Shown here in pieces: positions 57,583 to 64,000 of a stretch of DNA of 64,000 nt. A model generated the notes under the pieces. The model was not told the origin of the DNA, made no database searches, and saw only the letters and a program-made list of their open reading frames with translations. The position numbers and the translations under genes are program-made. Origin of the DNA: a virus; IMG/VR virus record IMGVR_UViG_3300017991_000103, positions 5,479 through 69,478 of that record; one strand, 5' to 3'. Within the stretch, counting starts at the first letter, position 1, and each line of letters opens with the position of its first letter.

Positions 57583-57699
57583 TTCTTCTAATCTCCCATA
57601 GATGTGACTTGAAATTTAATATCGTTAGACTCTCTGTGACTGCGCGTACTCTAGATTCTGAATATCATTCTATCTGAATTGAAATGACTCTTCTTATAC

Positions 57700-58650
57700 C
57701 TATGTCCTACTGAATGGGCGACCTGATATTATATCCACCCCTAAATTCCTTTGATATTCAGTGAGAAACTTTGAGAATAGAGTGGAGGTTGGCTCAAATG
57801 TTTTAGGGGTACATGAATCTATCCAGTAACTATTTGCCGATAACCATTTGACATACTCTCGGATGAGTTTAACAGAACCTGGAGTTCTATCCCATCTTGA
57901 AGCTCTGCGTCTTATATGTGGCTTGTCTGAGTTCCTCATTTCTCTCAACTCTCTAATGGATGGTTTTTTCTTATTTTCCATATACCAGTTTGAAAGATTC
58001 ACCAGCTTCTGAGCAAGTATTCTACTACCTGTAGATTTGTTGCTCAGTAGTTGTAGCGCAGGTTCATAACAAAATTCTATGAACGCGTGCACTGAAGGTG
58101 CATCGTTTAGGTCTAAAGAATCTGAGTTGGAGAATATTTGTTTTAGGAAGTCTAAGGTGGCAGGTTTATTACTTGATTGAATTACCTTTGAAGGGAATAC
58201 TCCCGTCCAACTGTTCTCTACCGAACTATTGAGAGCTGATATGGCGGTTTCCATATCATATTTTGTTAACTTATTTGCTAACCGTTTCATTGATAGTGGG
58301 GTGAGCTTTCGTTTAAGTTCTTTTCTGTGCTGACAGAAATCCTTTAGTGCTTTCCTGAAAACTCGTTCATCTTGCCATACCTTTGGAAAGAGTTCGAGAA
58401 ATTGTTTTCTCTGCGAGTTTTTTGTGGCTGGTCTTTTTTCTTTTTTTCCTTTTTCTTTTTTATATTTTTTGTCTTTTTTTCTTTTTTCTTTTGATTCTTT
58501 TCTTTTTTCTTTTTTTCCTTTTTTAGTTTCTTTTATCAGTAATCTCAAAGTGTCCAAAAGTTCATCTGTATTAAACCCGAGCTCATCCAGCAGTTTTTTA
58601 CTAATGATTACATAGAGCTCGTCTTCATGTTTTCTGAACAGGTCTTCCAT
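57700..58650 (-). CDS. Replication-initiator/replisome-organiser-like protein
   Basis: Lys-rich A-tract linker; R...K..LT......L..KL and S..N.W.G.F pattern; upstream of the helicase. Confidence 0.45.
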   Translation of the reverse strand: MEDLFRKHEDELYVIISKKLLDELGFNTDELLDTLRLLIKETKKGKKEKRKESKEKRKKDKKYKKEKGKKEKRPATKNSQRKQFLELFPKVWQDERVFRKALKDFCQHRKELKRKLTPLSMKRLANKLTKYDMETAISALNSSVENSWTGVFPSKVIQSSNKPATLDFLKQIFSNSDSLDLNDAPSVHAFIEFCYEPALQLLSNKSTGSRILAQKLVNLSNWYMENKKKPSIRELREMRNSDKPHIRRRASRWDRTPGSVKLIREYVKWLSANSYWIDSCTPKTFEPTSTLFSKFLTEYQRNLGVDIISGRPFSRT

Positions 58651-58990
58651 TCCATTTATCCTTTCCTAGAAGTCGGCAGACTTTACATCTATCTCGTAAA
58701 TCACTCTCTGCTTTTTCTTTATCAATGGCATGGTTAACCTGACTATCAGAATACGAACTAAGGGATACTTTTTTCAGTGGGGATTTGTGCTTAAATCCTC
58801 GTTTACCTATCTCTTTTGCAAGGACATCATGTCTATCGGAGACACTGGAAGGCTCCAATAAATTGTTATCAAGATAGCCCTGAATTCCTCTACCTTTGGC
58901 TAGATGACCTGCAAACATGTGGCATTCAAGGTGCTCACCCAATAGGTGTTTTCTGCACATACTGCTTGGGTCCACCATCCACATACGCAT
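58625..58990 (-). CDS. Pyrimidine-dimer DNA glycosylase/endonuclease V-like protein
   Basis: MRMW...P..MC.KHLLGEH.E.H, E..KRG..H. Confidence 0.7.
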   Translation of the reverse strand: MRMWMVDPSSMCRKHLLGEHLECHMFAGHLAKGRGIQGYLDNNLLEPSSVSDRHDVLAKEIGKRGFKHKSPLKKVSLSSYSDSQVNHAIDKEKAESDLRDRCKVCRLLGKDKWNGRPVQKT

Positions 58991-59286
58991 TACAATTCAA
59001 CCCCTTGACTCCTGAGAAGGGCCCTTACCTTTCTGCTTACATATGCTTCTGTATATAGTGGCTTATCACACTCGCGTGGACAACCATCTGAATATCTACA
59101 TTTTGGGAATAGAACACTACATATTTCAGTGCAGTGCTCTGTTGCAATAGGGTAATAGTACTCACCTAGGTAGTCAAAAGCAAATGGGCACTCCAACCAC
59201 CTTTCACTGGTTGGTTGCTTCAATGACTGTTTCAACGCACCAATTTCCCATTTCTCAAGTTTTCTAACTTTGTTTTCGTTTGGCAT
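58990..59286 (-). CDS. Cys-rich hypothetical protein
   Basis: SD AAGGAG; coupled stop/start. Confidence 0.5.
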   Translation of the reverse strand: MPNENKVRKLEKWEIGALKQSLKQPTSERWLECPFAFDYLGEYYYPIATEHCTEICSVLFPKCRYSDGCPRECDKPLYTEAYVSRKVRALLRSQGVEL

Positions 59287-59306
59287 TGTTAATCTCCTTT
59301 TATGGT

Positions 59307-59750
59307 TTATGGTAATCTAAACGCCAAAATTATAGAGGTCTCATTTACCATATGGTGTTTTCTAAGGTTAAGACGTAATGGTTTATCTCCTTCCATATAC
59401 TTATTGAGTTTTGTGATGAGTGGTTTTGCACCGATTCTGAGTGTTTCAGTAGCAGCGGCAGGACCAAACTTCTTTGGAGTGGCCACAAAGGAATCTGGCG
59501 TTGGTTCTGTTGATATTTTAAGTAGTAGGTAATCATTTGTACATCCCATTTCGATGTATACACGGCCTTTAAGAAGTAAGCCAAGTTCCTTTAATATCTT
59601 TATAGTTAGGTAATTTAAGGATATGCTCTGGGTTCTTGGTGATATTGTTGCGAAAGGAACTGTGCTAACTGAACCACCTATTTTACCCGGCCCAATTTTT
59701 TTGGAATTCTCGAACAGTTCATTCAAGTTTACATCATTTTTGATTACCAT
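59307..59750 (-). CDS. Hypothetical protein
   Basis: SD GAAGGAG. Confidence 0.55.
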   Translation of the reverse strand: MVIKNDVNLNELFENSKKIGPGKIGGSVSTVPFATISPRTQSISLNYLTIKILKELGLLLKGRVYIEMGCTNDYLLLKISTEPTPDSFVATPKKFGPAAATETLRIGAKPLITKLNKYMEGDKPLRLNLRKHHMVNETSIILAFRLP

Positions 59751-59895
59751 TTCAATTTCTCCTTCGGTTTGAGTTTAATCAGTCATTCTCTTCATGGTTG
59801 CGGCCAATAATACCAATAATAAATAATATTGATATTGATAGCCAACAAAGAAACACGAAACATAGTAGCATATCAAGCATAATAACACCCCCTTT

Positions 59896-60447
59896 CTACC
59901 CTAAAACCTTAACCCTTAATACACCTATCTTTTGTAGACCTGTAATTGGATACTCATTAAAATGCACTATTTCATCTTCACGATACGCAACTGGTATTGT
60001 TATGTGGTCACATGAGTGTGGGCCTTCAACCTCATGTGGCCACACATGTATAGCAGGGCCGTATTCGCCCTTACGTACGTGAAGCATACGCCGCCACTTT
60101 TTGAGTTCTTCAACTGTTCTGAACTCTTTTCCACCGATTGATTCATCTCGTGCGTAAATCATACTACCTTTATAATAATGTATACTTTTTGCACTTTGGA
60201 CTGGCGATGTTTTTTCTTGAAGCCTGCGTTTGTATTCTTTATATGCTAATGTGTGGTTTCCCCTTCCCGTCAAGTAACCTATCACCTGGCACCCAGAAAG
60301 TAGTGAGCATATGGGTATATATCCCTCTGAAACTGTTGGTCGTCTAGTGTATTTAACCACCTTTTTCCAGCCAAGTTTCCATCCATCAGGCACTGGTAAC
60401 ACTTGTCTTGCACGACTGTTGAATTTTAGACGCTTTTTTCCACTCAT
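59896..60447 (-). CDS. Hypothetical protein
   Basis: Overlaps the primase stop. Confidence 0.5.
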   Translation of the reverse strand: MSGKKRLKFNSRARQVLPVPDGWKLGWKKVVKYTRRPTVSEGYIPICSLLSGCQVIGYLTGRGNHTLAYKEYKRRLQEKTSPVQSAKSIHYYKGSMIYARDESIGGKEFRTVEELKKWRRMLHVRKGEYGPAIHVWPHEVEGPHSCDHITIPVAYREDEIVHFNEYPITGLQKIGVLRVKVLG

Positions 60448-61370
60448 TGTACTAGCTCCTTTACCATGTAGTTTGCATCATCCTGGTTCATTGAAGCTGG
60501 GTCATCACTCACAGTCTCAGCCCACGCTTCTGTTCCAAACATACTCAATTCTGCTACCAGTTTTCTTGCTTGTACCTTCGATTGCGGGTCATTATCGAAT
60601 AAGACTATAACTCTTTTCCATGCTTTTGCAATTAATTTCACTTGGCTAGTTGTATATTCTATTCCAAATGTTGCGTAGGCATTGGTACCTAGTCTCCATA
60701 CATCGAATATGCCTTCAACAATTATTGCCGTATCCTTTACTCGAGTCCAATTTCCGTAAAGTATATTCTTGTGATGCACTTCTTCTCGTATGATTGGGCA
60801 AGCCATATACTTTAATTTTGCTTTGTCTGTTATATCTCTCGCTTGAAATGACACGCGCCTCTTATCAAAATATATGGGTGCAAGTATTCTAAATCGGTAA
60901 TTTATATCATCTAGTAAGGCTATCGGTCCGGTTCCATATAGGAGCCATTTGCGTGAGAGTTCATTGGGGTCAAATTTCCTCTTTATTAGATATTTCTTAT
61001 GTCTTTTGATGAGTCTATCATTCTTTGAAAGTTCAATCGTGTTACCTGCGGGTAACTGGAAAGGTTTTCTTCTATGAAGATTCTTATTCTTATTATCATA
61101 TTCACGGCGCGTAAACCCCCGGTATCTTCGCAGCTCTTTTTTGGCATCTATCTTGGATATTTCCAATATTTTGGCTATAGATTCAAGTGTCGGATGCCAA
61201 CCACATCTCCAGCAGTAGAAGTAATTACTGCTGATATTATAGCCTAGATGGAAACCAGGGTTACCTAGACAGAACGGGCATTCTATATTAACCCAACCTG
61301 GTCTGCAATGTTTATGCCCTTCTGTTTGGTAACTAATCCCGTGGTCTTGATAGAACTCTACTATATTCAT
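60444..61370 (-). CDS. DNA primase (zinc finger plus TOPRIM)
   Basis: CPFC...H...CWRC; VEGIFD and FDND TOPRIM motifs. Confidence 0.85.
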   Translation of the reverse strand: MNIVEFYQDHGISYQTEGHKHCRPGWVNIECPFCLGNPGFHLGYNISSNYFYCWRCGWHPTLESIAKILEISKIDAKKELRRYRGFTRREYDNKNKNLHRRKPFQLPAGNTIELSKNDRLIKRHKKYLIKRKFDPNELSRKWLLYGTGPIALLDDINYRFRILAPIYFDKRRVSFQARDITDKAKLKYMACPIIREEVHHKNILYGNWTRVKDTAIIVEGIFDVWRLGTNAYATFGIEYTTSQVKLIAKAWKRVIVLFDNDPQSKVQARKLVAELSMFGTEAWAETVSDDPASMNQDDANYMVKELVQ

Positions 61371-61402
61371 TTAACCCTCACTTCTTGAATTATCTTCTAT
61401 AA

Positions 61403-61436
61403 TCTATTATATCATATGACTATTGTTTCATTCAAG
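61403..61436 (-). promoter_or_regulatory. Variant promoter CTTGAATGAAAC-N13-TATAATAGA upstream of primase
   Basis: Same AAAC-N13-TATAAT geometry as the three motif copies. Confidence 0.5.
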
Positions 61437-61942
61437 GCAACTTTTATTTCCTTGAAACTGTCCCATATCCTAGACCATATCCAGCCTTGCTCTCTCAATT
61501 TTCTTTTGAGTTTACCGCGGGCTAATTTTGGAGGCAAGACATAATACTCCTCTGGATGACTGAATATCATGTGGCATACAGTTTGGGTATCTTCTGATGT
61601 TCGGGATAGTCTTTCAAGGAAGTGAGCTCTATCAAGTATACTGCACGCTTTACTTGACAGTAAAAGTTGGAATGCAAGGTCTTCCGTATACACTTTTTCT
61701 CTTTCTTGCTTTTCCTTATAAGTGTATTTTACTAGTTGAGCTTTAACATTCGACCAAACCCAGGTTGACATAGCACCCTTGTTGGGGTTGTAGGTTTGCA
61801 TTGCATCGGTGAGAGCAACAAACCCCTCTCCTAGTAAATCTTCAAATTCAAGACCTGTGGTTTTTTGGAAAGACCAAACAAGTTTTTTGACCACGAGAAT
61901 CATTTCATCCCAGTACTTATCACTCCATTTAGTACGGCGCAT
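61412..61942 (-). CDS. Sigma-factor-like (region 2) transcription protein
   Basis: EDL..EG...L..A..TYNPNKG.MSTW. Confidence 0.65.
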   Translation of the reverse strand: MRRTKWSDKYWDEMILVVKKLVWSFQKTTGLEFEDLLGEGFVALTDAMQTYNPNKGAMSTWVWSNVKAQLVKYTYKEKQEREKVYTEDLAFQLLLSSKACSILDRAHFLERLSRTSEDTQTVCHMIFSHPEEYYVLPPKLARGKLKRKLREQGWIWSRIWDSFKEIKVALNETIVI

Positions 61943-61946
61943 TTGT

Positions 61947-63401
61947 TTACCCCCTCATACTATACTTTGCTAGCGTTGCAGCCAGCAGGTCTTCTCCTGG
62001 TGCTGGTTCACCATCTAAGACCTCACTTGTGACTTTCAACTTTTCATCTAGCATGTTCGCGATGTCTTCTTCAACCGTGTTGTAGGATACCAGGTAGTAG
62101 ATGTTTACATATTTTGCTTTTTGGGTCAGTCTGTGTATTCTGTCTTCTGCTTGACTATGAATACCAGGTGACCATTGCAACTCAACAAATGCGGCAGCCG
62201 GAGCTGCGGTTAAGGTTTTACCTGTGCCTGCGGGTTTGCCTTGCACATCAAATATTCCTACTAGTAATTTCACCCCCTTTCGTTTTTGAAATTCTCTTTC
62301 AGCTTGGTCTTTCTTTCTGTTTCCCATACCTCCTGTGAGTTTAACTGCCACTTTCTCAAATCTATTGTATATAAGGTCTGCAGTAAATCTGTGTGTGCAG
62401 AATACTACAAGTTTATTTCCACTTTCAAGGTAGTTTTCAATCCATTCAATCACCTGCCTCATTTTACCTTTAATAGCTATTTGCTTTAAGTATTCCATCT
62501 TGGTTATTTCTTCAGCATGTGAAGCCTTCTTTGCGGCCTTTTCCCCTCTATTCTTTTTAACCCATTCTATAAACTCGTTCTCTGCCTGCGTGTATTCTTT
62601 TCTATTATCTATTTCAAGAGGAATTATCGTTCTGGTCTTAGGTGGCAAATCTTTTAGAACGTCTTTCTTTCTTCTACGAATCATTATACTTGATGCTAAC
62701 TTTTCATTGAGTTCTTTAGTATTTGTTGCTCCCTTGGTCCACCACCCGTATCGAGTTTTCTTTGCACCACAGTATCTATTTACATAATGGAACCAGTTTC
62801 CAAATAGGTCAGGGTCTATTAGGTGTATGGAATTGAACGCTTCTTCTGGTCTATTAACAATAGGAGTGCCTGTTATCATTATGAGGTATTTAATACTCTT
62901 AAGTATGCGTTTACAAGCCTTGGTTCGATACGCTCTGTTATGTTTTATATAATGTGCTTCATCAACTATACCTATTTGGAAGTTCAAGTCCATAAGATAG
63001 TCTATCCATCCAGAGTATGGAACCTCTCTTGGTTTTCGTTTACTTCTCTTTCTTCTGCTCTTGTGTTTGATGAATTTGTTTGGTAGTATATCGTAGTTTA
63101 TTATGATAAAGTCTGCTTTGGTTTTTAATTTCTTACCTCGTTTACCTCTGAGTATTTTAACCTTGGTACCTTTTGGCAGCCATTCAAGAATGACCCGTTT
63201 CCACATATACTTTAGACTTGCTGGGCATATTATTAGAACAGGTCTCTTCTTACATCTAAGTTGGCAGAACGCAACTGCTTGGATGGTTTTACCTAAACCC
63301 ATTTCATCTGCAAGGAGTACTCTACCTTTACGCTTTTGAATTAACACTACTCCCTCTTTTTGAAATGGGAATAGTTTTTTACGTAAACCTTTAATGTTCA
63401 T
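61947..63401 (-). CDS. SNF2-family (SMARCAL1-like) helicase
   Basis: LADEMGLGKT, DEAH, TGTP..N, RR.K.DVL..LP, QAEDR.HR. Confidence 0.9.
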   Translation of the reverse strand: MNIKGLRKKLFPFQKEGVVLIQKRKGRVLLADEMGLGKTIQAVAFCQLRCKKRPVLIICPASLKYMWKRVILEWLPKGTKVKILRGKRGKKLKTKADFIIINYDILPNKFIKHKSRRKRSKRKPREVPYSGWIDYLMDLNFQIGIVDEAHYIKHNRAYRTKACKRILKSIKYLIMITGTPIVNRPEEAFNSIHLIDPDLFGNWFHYVNRYCGAKKTRYGWWTKGATNTKELNEKLASSIMIRRRKKDVLKDLPPKTRTIIPLEIDNRKEYTQAENEFIEWVKKNRGEKAAKKASHAEEITKMEYLKQIAIKGKMRQVIEWIENYLESGNKLVVFCTHRFTADLIYNRFEKVAVKLTGGMGNRKKDQAEREFQKRKGVKLLVGIFDVQGKPAGTGKTLTAAPAAAFVELQWSPGIHSQAEDRIHRLTQKAKYVNIYYLVSYNTVEEDIANMLDEKLKVTSEVLDGEPAPGEDLLAATLAKYSMRG

Positions 63402-63403
63402 TA

Positions 63404-63670
63404 CTAATCGAAATTGGGCATAGATTTTTTTCTTAGTGAGGGGCAATACTTTTGCATTAGTTCAGCAAACTCTATTATAAAGGAACGATGTTTATCCGCC
63501 GGTAATTCTTCTATTATTTTAATTGCAGCGGTAGTCATAGAACCAAGAATTGCTGTGTTCAGCTTCTTTATCTTAGGTATAGGTGAGAGAAGTGTTTCGC
63601 ACACATATGCTGTTGTGTCATCGAAGACAATTTCACCATCAATGAGTATTTCTATTTTGTGTTGTGGCAT
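63404..63670 (-). CDS. Hypothetical protein
   Basis: SD AAAGGAG. Confidence 0.5.
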   Translation of the reverse strand: MPQHKIEILIDGEIVFDDTTAYVCETLLSPIPKIKKLNTAILGSMTTAAIKIIEELPADKHRSFIIEFAELMQKYCPSLRKKSMPNFD

Positions 63671-63687
63671 GCTACTCGACTCCTTTC

Positions 63688-63906
63688 CTAGAGTTCCCTA
63701 ACTTCATAAACGCAGGCTTCCTTTTCAGGATTCTTACTGTTTATAAACTCTGCTTGGTGCTTACCCCACTCAACGGCTTCTACCTCATCTTGTGCACAGC
63801 ACTGAAGGCTGGTTCTTCTGACTTTGGCCTTCTTGCCGTGAGGTTCAAGTGATTTGATTATCACCTTGAACAACTTGTTGCTACTCCTTTTCCTCTTCTT
63901 GGCCAT
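63688..63906 (-). CDS. Hypothetical basic protein
   Basis: SD GAGGAG before MAKKRK. Confidence 0.5.
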   Translation of the reverse strand: MAKKRKRSSNKLFKVIIKSLEPHGKKAKVRRTSLQCCAQDEVEAVEWGKHQAEFINSKNPEKEACVYEVREL

Positions 63907-64000
63907 AACTCTTCTCCTCTTCGTCATCGGTTATGTGTCGTAAGTCATGAAGTATTGTACCTAGAGTTTTACCCACCCCCTTTAGTTTACTGGTTCCAAA

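Noticed and set aside
1-64000. Stop-codon reassignment
   Set aside because: Standard-code ORFs tile both arms densely and TAA, TAG and TGA all end genes at sensible points
1-64000. tRNA/rRNA genes, integrase or prophage boundaries
   Set aside because: None recognised by eye and intergenic space is minimal; tRNAscan-SE would be needed to exclude tRNAs formally

Overview
A 64 kb segment of a large, probably lytic tailed phage with a siphovirus-type tail, in two convergent arms that meet at a hairpin near 28.9 kb. The + arm (1-28837) is morphogenesis and lysis: DUF2213-type protease/scaffold, decoration protein, encapsulin-like HK97-fold capsid, head-tail genes, tail tube, frameshifted tail chaperone, tape measure, tail tip and fibres, M15 endolysin and a lipoprotein. 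The - arm (28907-63927) is replication, recombination and DNA modification: split SbcC, SbcD, resolvase, GmhA, RecA, SSB, UvsY-like, clamp loader, macrodomain, split PolA with a UDG-exonuclease fusion, clamp, a 7-deazaguanine cluster (TGT/DpdA-like, FolE, QueC, QueE, QueD), DnaB, primase, sigma-like factor and SNF2 helicase. The most striking feature is a 9 kb, 11-gene sugar-building and sulfation cassette between the capsid and head-tail genes. It encodes a Maf-like transferase, Zn-dehydrogenase, FkbM methyltransferase, split transketolase, APS kinase, two sulfotransferases, an SDR and a methyltransferase-GT9-GT8 fusion, and is a candidate system for coating the virion with a sulfated, methylated glycan. 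Also notable: a third sulfotransferase inside the deazaguanine cluster, a second tail-tube paralogue with a Tat-like leader, a tail-hub gene split by a cassette of signal-peptide proteins, a repeat-bounded mosaic island containing a RuvC deletion scar, and a phage-specific promoter motif. All calls come from motifs and gene order read by eye; no searches were run.
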